Of a stretch of DNA of 64,000 bases, positions 1 to 13,111 are shown piece after piece. The notes under the pieces were generated by a model. It saw only the letters and a list, made by a program, of their open reading frames with translations, searched no databases and was not told the DNA's origin. This stretch comes from Armatimonadota bacterium (GTDB lineage: Bacteria > Armatimonadota > Fimbriimonadia > Fimbriimonadales > GBS-DC), in assembly GCA_037444405.1 (NCBI GenBank), contig JBBIML010000011.1, positions 1 through 64,000 on the forward strand, read 5' to 3'. Every line of letters begins with the position of its first letter. Position 1 is the first letter of the stretch. A program made the position numbers and the translations under genes.

Positions 1-683
1 CAGCCAGAGCCGTCCTGCGAACCCCACACCCCGATGCCATTCCCACCCGTGCCACGATTGATCCCGCGCACCGCAGCGGAGAAGATGCCCGGGCTGGTGG
101 AGCTGACCTCGCCCAGCACGCCCACGGCAGAATCGCTGGTGGAGTTCGTAATGCCGTGGACACCAGGCGCGGTACCTGTTGTTGCAGCGTGCCAGCCATA
201 CACCCCAGTCCCATTGGGACTGCTGCTTTGCCCGTACACGCCATAGGTCGTGCCACTGGTCGCGCGGGTCCAGCCGAACACGCCTGTGCCCGACACGCTG
301 TCGCTCAACCCGTACACGCCGAACGAGGCGCCTGTCGTGGAGAGCGCATAGCCCAGCACGCCACGCGCCTGCGGACCCTGTGCCTCAAATCGCGCCCCAT
401 AGGTGAAGCCACTGGTTGCCAGCGACTTGCCGAAGATAGTCGGTCCAGGAGCCACAGTCTGCACGAAGAGAGCGGGTTGCGTCGCGCTGCTGTTGGCGAT
501 GAAGAACTTGGCAACGGCACCCGTGCCGTTCTGGGTAATCTGGAAGAGATAGGTGCTGTTGTTGCCTGATCCGGTGTAGGGCAGGCTCAACTGGGCGGAG
601 AGGGTTGAACAGCCGACAAGCGTCCACACAATCGCGCACGCGAAGCGGCGCGCCACACCCATGAATCGTGTTCCTTGCATCAT
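1..683 (-). CDS. Secreted Gly-rich repeat protein (GVxG repeats, probable beta-helix); partial, runs off the left edge
   Basis: Manual translation from ATG 683 (SD AGGAGG upstream): MMQGTRFMGVARRFACAIVWTLVGCSTLSAQLSLPY..., a signal-peptide-like start followed by repeated GVLG/GVYG/GVFG/GVHG/GVWG units; open to position 1; absent from the ORF track. Confidence 0.8.
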   Translation of the reverse strand, partial: MMQGTRFMGVARRFACAIVWTLVGCSTLSAQLSLPYTGSGNNSTYLFQITQNGTGAVAKFFIANSSATQPALFVQTVAPGPTIFGKSLATSGFTYGARFEAQGPQARGVLGYALSTTGASFGVYGLSDSVSGTGVFGWTRATSGTTYGVYGQSSSPNGTGVYGWHAATTGTAPGVHGITNSTSDSAVGVLGEVSSTSPGIFSAAVRGINRGTGGNGIGVWGSQDGSG

Positions 684-921
684 TTTTGAGCCTCCTCTGA
701 CTTTTTTTATACCCTATTGCTGCGAGGTCTCCTGCACGAAATCGCTGCGATTGGCTCGAATCGCCCGAATCGATGTCCGCTTTTTGGGGGTTTTGGAGTC
801 TATTGTCTATTAAGGGTGGATGACCTCTCACAGGGGTCAGCCCACAGGGCGAAAATTTAGAGACATCGGCGGCGCTGGGCTTTGATCCTCCTTTCGACAG
901 CGTCGCCCATTTTTTTCAAAA

Positions 922-957
922 AAAAAGAGGTAGCCCATCAGCGGGCTACCTCTTTTT
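922..957. terminator. Intrinsic terminator, probably bidirectional
   Basis: AAAAAGAGGTAGCCC-atcagc-GGGCTACCTCTTTTT perfect stem with A/T tails, just downstream of the 977-1198 gene. Confidence 0.85.
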
Positions 958-976
958 GTGTGCAGCATCGGGTTTG

Positions 977-1198
977 TCAGACGCTAATCAGCTCTTCAGC
1001 GGGTGTTTCAGCGGTCTGGACGGTGGTCAACACGGAGCCAGCGAACAGTTTGTGCAGGATGGTCATGGCAATCTGTTCCACTTGCTCGGTTGTAATCGCC
1101 AGATGGTCGGCAACCTGTTCAGGGGTCAATCCCTCGGCGAACAAGCGGATAGCGTTCCGCTCGCGCCCTGTCAAATGGTGCATGTGATCCGTCTCCAT
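977..1198 (-). CDS. Small stand-alone LuxR/sigma-region-4-like HTH protein
   Basis: LTGRERNAIRLFAEGLTPEQVADHLAIT matches the LuxR HTH pattern; AGGAGG precedes ATG 1198. Confidence 0.7.
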   Translation of the reverse strand: METDHMHHLTGRERNAIRLFAEGLTPEQVADHLAITTEQVEQIAMTILHKLFAGSVLTTVQTAETPAEELISV

Positions 1199-1257
1199 AG
1201 TGTACCTCCTTTGGGTCTGGTTCCAGAGGCGATTATACCCCCTGACTGACAGCGGAG

Positions 1258-2058
1258 TCAAGAGTTTTCGCGAGATTGGACAAAACTGGTAGAACTGCTG
1301 GTTCGTCGGGCGCGGCTGCCGTTGCGGGGCAGGGGCGTGACGACCGTCTCGTACTGGTTGCCCCGGCGGCGGATGTAGCCGCGCGCCTCCAGCTCCTGCA
1401 GGTAGTTCGTCAGCGTTTTACGCGAGCAGCCCAGCATCGCCGCCATCTGCGTGCGACTGAGGGTCGGCTGTTCGTACAGCAGATAGAGCAGTTGCTCCAG
1501 CGTCGCCTCTTTGTTGGGCGGCAGATGGTTGCGCTCGGGCGCCATAGCGACCACCGCCGGCGCAGGTTCGGCGGGCACGCTGATGGGCGGCTCTGGCGTC
1601 GGCTCCGCGCCCGCCTGCTCCTGCATGCGCAGCGCGTAGTTGCGATCCTCGCCGATTATCTCGATCAGTGCGAACATGATGATGGGCAGCGTAACGGAGA
1701 GCAGGAAGGGGCGCAGGAACACCACCACCTGATCGAACGCGCTCGCGGTCGCCAGCGGCTGCTGGTGCATGATGCCATAGAGATAGTTCGCGTACGCGCT
1801 GATGAAGGTTACCAGGGTCAGCACCGCCCACAGGGGCGTGGTGGAGCGTCCCTGCCGCTTGCGCAGCTGGATGCCGTACGCCAGACCCAGAATGCCCAGA
1901 TCGATTCCGAGCGCCTGCACATAGCCCCACAGCAGATGACCGCCCTCCAGCGTGCTGAAGGTGTACGCCACATGATGCACGCTGCCCGCCAGCACAAACA
2001 GCGTCACCAGCACCAGCAGCGCGGTCGACAACGGCATATCTTTGAGCAGATATCGCAT
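1258..2058 (-). CDS. Membrane protein with about 4 TM helices and a C-terminal winged HTH (DUF2637/Spd-like architecture)
   Basis: Four hydrophobic segments, Pro/Ala linker, then LSRTQMAAMLGCSRKTLTNYLQELEARGYIRR; GGAGGT precedes ATG 2058. Confidence 0.7.
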   Translation of the reverse strand: MRYLLKDMPLSTALLVLVTLFVLAGSVHHVAYTFSTLEGGHLLWGYVQALGIDLGILGLAYGIQLRKRQGRSTTPLWAVLTLVTFISAYANYLYGIMHQQPLATASAFDQVVVFLRPFLLSVTLPIIMFALIEIIGEDRNYALRMQEQAGAEPTPEPPISVPAEPAPAVVAMAPERNHLPPNKEATLEQLLYLLYEQPTLSRTQMAAMLGCSRKTLTNYLQELEARGYIRRRGNQYETVVTPLPRNGSRARRTSSSTSFVQSRENS

Positions 2059-2173
2059 CGGTAGCAACCTCCATGTCGTTTGGGGCGGCTGTCAGAAAAA
2101 GCCTGCACGCCCTCTCCACCTTTATCGGCTGGACTGTTTCCGTTCGGGATGGCGTTTGCGATTCCTGCTCGAT

Positions 2174-3103
2174 TCACGCGGGATGGCGGCGCATTTCGAC
2201 GGCGGTCGTCTGCTGCGGCTGCACCGATAACATGCCCGCCGATAGCAGCACCAGCAGCACCCACAGCAGGTCGGTTAGCGCCAGATGCACCAGCTGCATC
2301 CACACGGGCGCTTTGAACCACACATTGAGCGCGCCGAAGAGCAACTGCCCCACATAGAGCAGGTTAAACGCCACGCAGAGCCGAACCGTGAAGCGCGTGA
2401 ATCGCTGCAGGGTGAGCGCGGTCAGCGCCGTAAGGAAGTAGACCCCGACGCCAATCGCCAGCCACGGATGATAGATTCGCAGCGCCAGCAGCGTCTGCCC
2501 GATAACGGGCGATTGATCGATTGCGCCCAGCTTGAGCAGGGTATCGCCCAGCGCGGTGATGGCGCCGCTGGCGCCCACAACCAGCATCAGCAGCAGCGCA
2601 AGGAGTATCCCGACGCCTGTCCAGCCCTGCCCGCGCACTCGAAAACGCGCCCCGCCCGACGCCCAGTACGCCGTCAGCGTGAGCGCACCGAGCAGCATCA
2701 AGGTGTTCGCCAGATGCACCGCCATCATCACCGCCCGCTCGTACGACACATCGCGCGCAACCCACTCATAGCGCACCAGCAGCATGCCGATCAGCGCCTC
2801 GGTGATGATGAACAGCAGGCTCAACAGCGCGCCCAGTCGCACGATATGTCGCTGCGGGTAGAGCCAGAACGCCCCGATGACCATCGCCAGCACCAGCAGC
2901 CCTGCCAGCCCGCTGGTGAGCCGATGGGTCAGCTCGATGAGCGTCTCCACCGCTGGCGCACGGGGGATAATCTCGCCATTACACAGCGGCCAGTGGCTGC
3001 CACAACCTGCGCCACTGCCCGTCGCCCGCACATACGCGCCCCACAAAATCACCAGCACATTGTAAGCCAGCACCAGCCAGCAGAATCGGGCAAAGGCACG
3101 CAT
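2174..3103 (-). CDS. ctaA: Heme A synthase (COX15/CtaA family)
   Basis: GAGCGSHWPLCNG, ELTHR and further conserved His in a multi-TM protein; start moved to MRAFARF. Confidence 0.85.
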   Translation of the reverse strand: MRAFARFCWLVLAYNVLVILWGAYVRATGSGAGCGSHWPLCNGEIIPRAPAVETLIELTHRLTSGLAGLLVLAMVIGAFWLYPQRHIVRLGALLSLLFIITEALIGMLLVRYEWVARDVSYERAVMMAVHLANTLMLLGALTLTAYWASGGARFRVRGQGWTGVGILLALLLMLVVGASGAITALGDTLLKLGAIDQSPVIGQTLLALRIYHPWLAIGVGVYFLTALTALTLQRFTRFTVRLCVAFNLLYVGQLLFGALNVWFKAPVWMQLVHLALTDLLWVLLVLLSAGMLSVQPQQTTAVEMRRHPA

Positions 3104-3269
3104 CCCAGCCCGATTATACCCGCACCAGCGGAACCTGTCCCAGTCCAGCCGCGTCCAACACCATGATCCTGTCAGAATGGGAATCCTGCATGTGAAAAGG
3201 CGCGGAGCGATGTGGAATAAGACCGACACGGGCGGCGGCAACACTCAACAGCAGAGCGGAGGAGAAACT

Positions 3270-3527
3270 ATGAGCCAAAGGAACTGGCAATCGCAAAAGC
3301 CCGTTCGGTTGACCAAGCGCGAGATCGAGGTGCTGAGCCTAATCGCGCAGGGACGGTCCTCGCAGGAGGTAGCCGACGCGCTGTTCGTGAGCAAGCGCAC
3401 CGTCGACTTCCATCTGGCGAACATCTACGAGAAGCTCAATGTGAACAATCGGGTGAAGGCGTTCCGTCGGGCTGCCCAGATGGGACTGATCCCTGTGGAG
3501 GTGTTCTTCAGCGACGACGGGGACTGA
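3270..3527 (+). CDS. Stand-alone LuxR-family HTH transcriptional regulator
   Basis: LTKREIEVLSLIAQGRSSQEVADALFVSKRTVDFHLANIYEKL; GGAGGAG before ATG 3270. Confidence 0.9.
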   Translation: MSQRNWQSQKPVRLTKREIEVLSLIAQGRSSQEVADALFVSKRTVDFHLANIYEKLNVNNRVKAFRRAAQMGLIPVEVFFSDDGD

Positions 3528-3743
3528 ACGCGCTCGCTCAATCAGCCACACTAGGCGGACCCCCTCTTCTGTAATGGAGAGGGGGGTCCTGAAGTTTATC
3601 ACTTTTAACATTCCTCTTGCCCCACCCCTTGACAACAAAACGCTCCATCGAGTATCCCTGTCCCACTATGAAAAAACAGCCACACAACCCGGAGACAGCG
3701 ATAACCCGATGAAGCCAACCCAACAACAGCGCGAGCCACTCAG

Positions 3744-3836
3744 CCCCCTCACCCGTACCCTCTCCCCCGCAGGCGGGGGAGAGGAACTTGGTTTTCCCCC
3801 TCTCCCACAGCGTTGGAGAGGGGCGGGGGTGAGGGG
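3744..3836. repeat. Composite palindromic repeat (CCCTCTCCC...GGGAGAGGG, boxC-like REP)
   Basis: Outer CCCCTCACCC/GGGTGAGGGG arms enclose two hairpins; related copies at 35954-36033, 47372-47458, 28321-28348 and 55038-55070. Confidence 0.85.
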
Positions 3837-3842
3837 ACTCAC

Positions 3843-5342
3843 TCAGCGAATCTTCGCGCTCAGCCCCTGTGCCATCTTGATTTCGGTGGCGTGGTTGACG
3901 GTGAAGGCGACTTTGTGCGTGACGGCGTCGAACAGGGCAGACGCGCTCGGATGCCCGTTGCCGCTGCCCTTGACCCCGCCGAACGGCAGATGCACCTCCG
4001 CGCCGATGCTCGGCAGGTTCACATAGCCCACACCGAACTCGCAGTTGTCGCGCACATAGCGCCACTTGCGATAGTCCTCGGTGATGACCGCCATCGCCAG
4101 CCCGTAGGGCGTGTCGTTATACACGAACACCGCCTCCTCCAGACTGCTGACGGGGATAATCGCCACATGGGGGCTGAACGCCTCCTCGCGCAACACGAAG
4201 CTGTCGGAGCGGTGGCGCATGCGATAGACAAACGGCGCGACGAAGTGCCCGTACTGTAGCTCACCCTCCTTCAGCAGCCCGCCCGGCAGCAGCACCTCCG
4301 CGCCCTCCTCAATCGCCTTCTGATTATGATGAAGGTACTTCTGCACGCCCTGCTCGTTGATCAGCGGTCCCATGAAGGTGTCGGGGTCCAGACCGTTGCC
4401 GATCTTAATCTGGCGGGCGGTCTCCACAAAGCGGCGGGTGAACTCCGGCTCAATCTTCTCATGCACAATGATGCGGTTGGCGGAGACGCACCGCTGACCG
4501 CTGGTCTTGAAGGCAGACAGAATCGCGGCGTGGACGGCGATATCGAGGTTCGCGTCGTCCAGCACAATCACGGCGTTCTTGCCGCCCATCTCAACGGCAC
4601 AGAACTTGTGCTGTTTGGCGCACTCCTGCTCGATGTAGCGCCCGACGGCATAGGAGCCTGTGAACACGACCACATCGACGCCGGGGTGATGCACCAGCGC
4701 GTCGCCCGCGTCCTCGCCGTAGCCCTGAATCACATTGATAACGCCGGGTGGGAAGCCCGCCTCCACGAACAGCTCGATCAGCCGATGGGCGCAGATGGGC
4801 GTGTCTTCGGACGGCTTGAACACCACCGTGTTGCCTTCTAACAGGCTGGGCAGGATGGTCCAGAGGGGGATAGCAATCGGGAAGTTCCACGGGGTGATGC
4901 ACGCCACGACGCCTTTGGGTTTGCGCAGGATGTAGGCATCCTTCTCGGCGATTTCGCTGTCAATAATCTCGCCGTGCGGCATGCGCGCCATGCCCGCCAC
5001 ATATTGCGCCATATGGAGCGCTTCGACCACATCGGCGCGCCCCTCGTTGATGGGTTTACCGCACTCGCGCGTCACCAGCTCCGCCAGCGCGTTCAGGTCG
5101 CGCTTGATCAGCTGGGCTAACTGGTCGATATACTCGCCGCGCTTGATGCGCGAGGTGCGTCGCCAGCTTTCGAACGCCTCGCGGGCGGCGTTAACGGCTC
5201 TATCGACATCTTCCGGGGTGGAACGCGGCGCGGTGCCGATAATCTCGCGCATGTCGGCAGGGTTATAGCTCTCGAAGCGGTTGCCCGAAACCGATTCCTG
5301 CCACTGCCCTCGAATCAGGTTCATCGCCTCTACAGGTTTCAT
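3843..5342 (-). CDS. NAD(P)-dependent aldehyde dehydrogenase
   Basis: ITPWNFP, FTGS, VEMGGKN, SGQRC and EEAFSP motifs; 499 aa. Confidence 0.95.
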   Translation of the reverse strand: MKPVEAMNLIRGQWQESVSGNRFESYNPADMREIIGTAPRSTPEDVDRAVNAAREAFESWRRTSRIKRGEYIDQLAQLIKRDLNALAELVTRECGKPINEGRADVVEALHMAQYVAGMARMPHGEIIDSEIAEKDAYILRKPKGVVACITPWNFPIAIPLWTILPSLLEGNTVVFKPSEDTPICAHRLIELFVEAGFPPGVINVIQGYGEDAGDALVHHPGVDVVVFTGSYAVGRYIEQECAKQHKFCAVEMGGKNAVIVLDDANLDIAVHAAILSAFKTSGQRCVSANRIIVHEKIEPEFTRRFVETARQIKIGNGLDPDTFMGPLINEQGVQKYLHHNQKAIEEGAEVLLPGGLLKEGELQYGHFVAPFVYRMRHRSDSFVLREEAFSPHVAIIPVSSLEEAVFVYNDTPYGLAMAVITEDYRKWRYVRDNCEFGVGYVNLPSIGAEVHLPFGGVKGSGNGHPSASALFDAVTHKVAFTVNHATEIKMAQGLSAKIR

Positions 5343-5457
5343 CGTTTCAACCTCCTTCCTCCTGGCTCGGCATCGAGCCTGTAGAGAGTGTACCTTAACC
5401 GAGCGGGATTAGGATGGAGGCGATGCATCTGCCTGCGCGGGTATACTTTCCATCGCT

Positions 5458-5684
5458 ATGCCAACCTTAGTGTGTAAGGGGCGAATTATCGGCAAAACGA
5501 TTGTGCTGGAATCGGAAACGGGCTTACCAGAGGGTGTGCCCGTAGAGGTGGAGATTCACTTCCGCGAGCCAGAGTCTGCCATCGAGGAGCGGCTGCGTGC
5601 CCTGCAGGAGCTGTTCTCGATGAACCTGCCTGTTGCCGACTGGGAGCAGATGGAGCGTGAAACGATCCAGGGAGCGATCGAAGA

Positions 5685-5688
<4 letters not shown>
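5458..5688 (+). CDS. Putative antitoxin (DUF104/AF2212-like)
   Basis: 76 aa, GKTIVLE..GLPEGVPVEVEI N-terminus; ATGA overlap with the PIN gene. Confidence 0.7.
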
Positions 5689-8498
<2,810 letters not shown>

Positions 8499-8506
<8 letters not shown>

Positions 8507-9614
8507 TTCTAGCCCCAGATGACGGGTGAACAGATGCGCGAAGCTCAAGAAACTTTCGTTTAAGTTCGTGGCTCACAGCACTCTCAGGCTCTTGTAGCAG
8601 CAGCTGTTCGTATCTGTTTAAAAATTTTATTCTCAATTCATAAAATAAATGAATAAAATGTTTTATAAAATTAATACAATCTAAAATCATAAATTCGGTT
8701 TCGGATTGCTCTGAAAGTTTTTTAGCATGTTCGTGTACAGCAGTATCGACAGGAACCGTCGTTACAATCACATATTGCTCGACTTTGATGGCGGTAACCT
8801 TTTGCGCCGCTCTATCGAGATCGGCAGGTGTTATTCGACGGGCTTTCATTTCGTATACAACAGCCATTCGGTTGTCAGTTGCAAACTCTACCTCCAGGTC
8901 ACCAATCGTGCCTGCCCGAATATCAGCTGCAGTGTGGGGGTGCAGAGGCTTTGGGCGCTTGCGCAGATATTCTTGTGCAACATCATATGCAGCGGTTATC
9001 AGAAGCACCGGTAAGCGACTTGAGCGTCTCGATTCTAAATGCTTGCTCACAATTTGTATAATAGATTCTGCCGAAAGCTCACTTTGCGTATCGGCTCTCT
9101 GAATGAGTAAGCTTATTTGCTGTTGTTGTTCTTTTTTTAACAAGATAAGCTGTCGGATTACCTCTGTGAGAAGCGCTTTCGCATCCAGCAAGCCATTTTG
9201 CACCAGTTGCAACAGGCTAATGAAGGCATCATATGGCTCGCGCGGTTTACCTGATAGCCGGACATCAGGTTCAAGTGGTTGATTGAATGTGCGAAAAGCG
9301 GGCGTCAAAAAGGCTGTGGTCGGATTACAGGGAAGATCATAGCGGTAAATGAATGGGGTAATATAGCGTTCATCGTAGGTACGCCCGGAGTACGAATCGT
9401 CGGTTCCAATCTCGGTGTACGGCTTGCGAATATCCAGCTGCGGGCGGTGAACCTTTGCCAGTAAACATGCCAGTAAGGCGCGCATTGGCGCACGAGTAGA
9501 GCTCTGGCATATCTGCTCTATCAGCTTCACCTCCGCAGGATTTGTAATCAGGGGTTGATCAGGTCGAGTTGATGCCTCTGTGTAGCACTCCTCGAGGATT
9601 TGATCTGGTTCCAT
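8499..9614 (-). CDS. Putative type II restriction endonuclease (resembles SacI-family proteins)
   Basis: Directly downstream of and overlapping a DNA methyltransferase; GDLEV...VYEMK fits a PD-(D/E)XK core; AT-rich; SD before ATG 9614; family assignment is from recall. Confidence 0.7.
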
Positions 9615-10459
9615 TGGATAGCCTCCTGCGGGTCGTAGTTGGTCCAGAGGACCTCCTGTCGAACCTTCTTGATAGAGTGGCAGATTCGCGGTGGTGCCTC
9701 GATGCAGAACCAATCGCGGTAGAGGTGATCCATCAATTCACAGCGATAGCCAGAAAGCGCGACCTTACCTCTGACACCATGTAAAACTTCTGCCAGCAGG
9801 ATGTGCTCCTGATCGCTCATTTCATAGGCGTACGCACTTCGATCGCCTCGCACCTCGTGAACATAGGGTGGGTCGCAGTAAAAGAGCGTGTCCTCACTGT
9901 CATATTTTTGAATAACCTCAACGGCTGGCAGGTTTTCGATCTGGACGCGAAGCAGACGGTCGGCGATGTAAAACAGCTCCTCGATGCCGCCGAACCAGCG
10001 TGAGATAGCGCCTGCCATACCTGCACGGCTGGTGGCGACGCAATATGCCCAGCGACCGGGCGAGGCGGTTTGGGCTAAGCCAGTGCGAGTCTGGCGGGCG
10101 CGCACATAGAAGCGTCGGGCGCGTTCGAGAACGGATAGCCCCTCATTGACAGAACTGCAGGCAATTTCTAACTCTTGGCGCGAAAAGGGTGTGAGAGCAA
10201 TCAGGCGAATCAGTTCATCGGGCTGGTCGCGCAGGACGCGAAAGAAGTTCACTACCTCGCCGTCAATATCGTTGTAGGTTTCCACTGGCGACGGCTCACG
10301 ATTGAGCAGCACAGCAGCCGAGCCGCCGAAAGGTTCGCAATAGTGGTGCGCAGGCGGCAATAGGGGCAGAAGCCAGTCAAGATGGCTGAACTTGCCGCCA
10401 TACCAGCCAAAAGCGAGCAACCTGCCATTTCGCTTGACAGTCCCTGCCCCATGCGGCAT
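9548..10459 (-). CDS. DNA adenine methyltransferase (Dam/D12 class)
   Basis: WYGGK, EPFGGSAAV, YNDID and FYCDPPY motifs; start moved to MPHGAG. Confidence 0.95.
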   Translation of the reverse strand: MPHGAGTVKRNGRLLAFGWYGGKFSHLDWLLPLLPPAHHYCEPFGGSAAVLLNREPSPVETYNDIDGEVVNFFRVLRDQPDELIRLIALTPFSRQELEIACSSVNEGLSVLERARRFYVRARQTRTGLAQTASPGRWAYCVATSRAGMAGAISRWFGGIEELFYIADRLLRVQIENLPAVEVIQKYDSEDTLFYCDPPYVHEVRGDRSAYAYEMSDQEHILLAEVLHGVRGKVALSGYRCELMDHLYRDWFCIEAPPRICHSIKKVRQEVLWTNYDPQEAIQWNQIKSSRSATQRHQLDLINP

Positions 10460-10496
10460 GCTATTGCCCTCCATCCAAGCCACCTCCGCAATTATA

Positions 10497-11513
10497 TTAC
10501 CCAAGCTGTCGGAACGCGCGGATGGCGTAGTCAATGCCTGCATCATCCACATCGTGGTGCGTGACGAGGCGCAGGCGGTGCGGATCGAGCGCGATGGTCA
10601 GCACGCCCTGCCTGGCGAGCTGCTGCTCCACCTGGGGGGCGGGACGCGCCGTGCGCACAAAAACGATATTGGTCTGAACGGTTTCCAGGTCGACTTCGAA
10701 GCCTGGCAGTTCAGCAATCGCTTCCGCCAGCTGGCGAGCGCGGCGATGGTCTTCGGCAAGGCGTTCAATCATTGTTTGCAACGCGACGATGCCCGCCGCC
10801 GCCAGCACGCCCGCCTGCCGCATGCCGCCCCCGAACAGCTTGCGCACCCGATGCGCCTCGCGAATGAACTCACGCGAGCCGACCAGCACCGAACCCACAG
10901 GGCAGCATAGCCCCTTGGAAAGCGCGAAGAACGCCGAGTCGACATGGCGCGTCCACACCTGTGGCGAGACGCCCAGCGCGACGGCTGCATTAAATAGCCG
11001 CGCCCCATCTAAATGCACCATCAACCCGCGCCGATGCGCCAGCCGACAGATTGCCTGAAACTGCTCTGGTGGCAGAATCGTGCCCCCACAGCGGTTGTGG
11101 GTGTTTTCCAGGCAGAGCAGTGCCGTGCCGGGCGTGTGATCATCGGCGACGCGGATGCGCGCCTCGATCTCGGCAGGGTCAATCCGCCCGCGCGTGATGG
11201 GGTACGGCTCCAGCATCACGCCCGACAGCACCGCTGGACCTGCCAGCTCGTAGTGCAGGATGTGGCTTTCGGCGTCCACCAGCACGGCGTCGCCGGGCTG
11301 GGTCCAGACCTTGATAGCGATTTCGTTCGCCATCGTGCCGCTGGGCACAAAGAGCGCGGCTTCGTGCCCCAGCAGTTCCGCGGCCATCTCCTGCAGGCGA
11401 TTGACCGTGGGGTCTTCGCCGAACACATCGTCGCCCACTTCGGCGTCTGCCATCGCCTGACGCATGGCGGGCGTGGGCTTCGTCACGGTATCGGATCGGA
11501 GGTCGACTCTCAC
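10497..11513 (-). CDS. ltaE: Low-specificity L-threonine aldolase
   Basis: [38 protein letters not shown]. Confidence 0.95.
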   Translation of the reverse strand: MRVDLRSDTVTKPTPAMRQAMADAEVGDDVFGEDPTVNRLQEMAAELLGHEAALFVPSGTMANEIAIKVWTQPGDAVLVDAESHILHYELAGPAVLSGVMLEPYPITRGRIDPAEIEARIRVADDHTPGTALLCLENTHNRCGGTILPPEQFQAICRLAHRRGLMVHLDGARLFNAAVALGVSPQVWTRHVDSAFFALSKGLCCPVGSVLVGSREFIREAHRVRKLFGGGMRQAGVLAAAGIVALQTMIERLAEDHRRARQLAEAIAELPGFEVDLETVQTNIVFVRTARPAPQVEQQLARQGVLTIALDPHRLRLVTHHDVDDAGIDYAIRAFRQLG

Positions 11514-11514
11514 A

Positions 11515-12444
11515 TCAGGAGTTTACCTGTTGAAGGCAGGCATCGCGCACGGCATCTAAAGCCTGCTGAACGCCCACTGTTGGCACCACGCCGCAGCCCT
11601 GCGCCGGGCGAATGTGCCAGCCCTGTGGCGTGTGAGCGATCTCTATCCAGAAGTGCTGGGTGAGGTCCTCTTCCACAACCACCACGCGCACCATCGCCAC
11701 CTGACGGCGCGGGTCGTACAGCATCGCTTTGAAATGCACATGTACTGGCTCCGATTGATCCTCCAGTTGCAGCCTGTCGGGGTCAAAATGGGGCACACGA
11801 TGGGTCTGCATCGGTACATCCTCCTTCAGCGGCACGGGCATCGGCTCCACGCGGCGCAGGGTCAGCTCATAGAAAATCGTCTGTCCGCCAGCGAGCCACT
11901 TGCGCTCGTACTTAGTGCCGAAGCTAGGCGGCAGTGTGCGCGCGTAAGCCACAAAGCCCGTGTCGGTAATCTGGCTCAACACCCAGCTGAAATAGTCGGC
12001 GTGGTCGGTGACCACCTGCACCTCGCCGTTCGCCTGCAGGCGGCTGTTGAGCAGTTGCAGAAACGACTGGCTGAAGAGGCGATATTTGTGGTGATGCTTT
12101 TTGGGCCAGGGGCAGGGGAAGAGCGAATAGATGCGGGTGAACGATTCGGGCGGGATGGCGCGATAGAGGATGGGCGTCGCGTTGCCCAGCAGCAGGCGAA
12201 TATTGGGCACCTGTGCCTGCGCGATGCGGCGCAGCGTGCGCTGAACGCTCTCCCATTCGATCTCGATACCCACAAAGTCGCGTTCAGGGTGCTGGCGGGC
12301 GCGGGCGACCAGATAATCGCCATTCCCGAAGCCAATTTCCAGCTCGCGGGGCGCGTCGCGCCCGAAAATCGCCACCCAGTCCAGCGGGCGTGCCACCTGC
12401 TTCCACAAAATCAGCGGGCGCAGCGAGAGATAGGTCGCACGCAT
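11515..12444 (-). CDS. trmB: tRNA (guanine-N7)-methyltransferase with a C-terminal extension
   Basis: [29 protein letters not shown]. Confidence 0.9.
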   Translation of the reverse strand: MRATYLSLRPLILWKQVARPLDWVAIFGRDAPRELEIGFGNGDYLVARARQHPERDFVGIEIEWESVQRTLRRIAQAQVPNIRLLLGNATPILYRAIPPESFTRIYSLFPCPWPKKHHHKYRLFSQSFLQLLNSRLQANGEVQVVTDHADYFSWVLSQITDTGFVAYARTLPPSFGTKYERKWLAGGQTIFYELTLRRVEPMPVPLKEDVPMQTHRVPHFDPDRLQLEDQSEPVHVHFKAMLYDPRRQVAMVRVVVVEEDLTQHFWIEIAHTPQGWHIRPAQGCGVVPTVGVQQALDAVRDACLQQVNS

Positions 12445-12448
12445 CGCT

Positions 12449-13111
12449 TCAGACCAGCCCCTCACGCACCGCCAGCAGCGCCGCCTCCGTGCGCGAGTTC
12501 ACCTGCAACTTGAACAGAATGTTAGAAATGTAGTTTTTAACGGTCTTCTCGGTGATGAACAGCTCATCGGCGATTTCGCGGTTGCGTTTCCCTGCAGCAA
12601 TCATCTTCAGGATTTGTAGCTCGCGGGCGGTTAGCTCCGAGAACAGGTGGGCAGCCTGAGGCATCCGGGCAGACTGGCGCTGGAACTCGGTAATGATTCG
12701 CGCCGCGACGGTCGGATGCAGGATCGATTCGCCATGCGCCGCGCTGAGGATGCTCTGCACAATCGTGTCAGGCGGGCTGTCTTTGAGCAGGTAGCCAATT
12801 GCGCCCGCCTTGATCGCCTCGAACACATTCTGGTCATCGCCAAAGATAGTCCAGATGACCACCTGCACGCTCGGCAGGGCGCTTTTGATGCGGCGCGTTG
12901 CCTCGATGCCGTCCATACGCGGCATCCGGATGTCCATCAGCGCCACCTGCGGCTCGAACTGCATCGCGAGCTGAACCGCCTGCTCGCCGTCAGCGGCGGA
13001 GCCAAGCAAGTCAAGCGAATCGTGGCGCATCAAAATAGCCTGCAGATGCTCGCGCAGTCGCGCTTCATCCTCCGCGATGATCAGGCGCACCTTCTCTTGC
13101 GTTTCCATCAT
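12449..13111 (-). CDS. NarL/FixJ-family response regulator
   Basis: IAEDE, LMDIRMP, GYLLKD and a C-terminal LuxR HTH; start moved to MMETQEK. Confidence 0.95.
   Translation of the reverse strand: MMETQEKVRLIIAEDEARLREHLQAILMRHDSLDLLGSAADGEQAVQLAMQFEPQVALMDIRMPRMDGIEATRRIKSALPSVQVVIWTIFGDDQNVFEAIKAGAIGYLLKDSPPDTIVQSILSAAHGESILHPTVAARIITEFQRQSARMPQAAHLFSELTARELQILKMIAAGKRNREIADELFITEKTVKNYISNILFKLQVNSRTEAALLAVREGLV

Noticed and set aside
690..915. Riboswitch or ncRNA in the intergenic region upstream of the first gene
   Set aside because: Only imperfect hairpins; I could not match a known riboswitch consensus by eye. An Rfam/Infernal scan would be needed.
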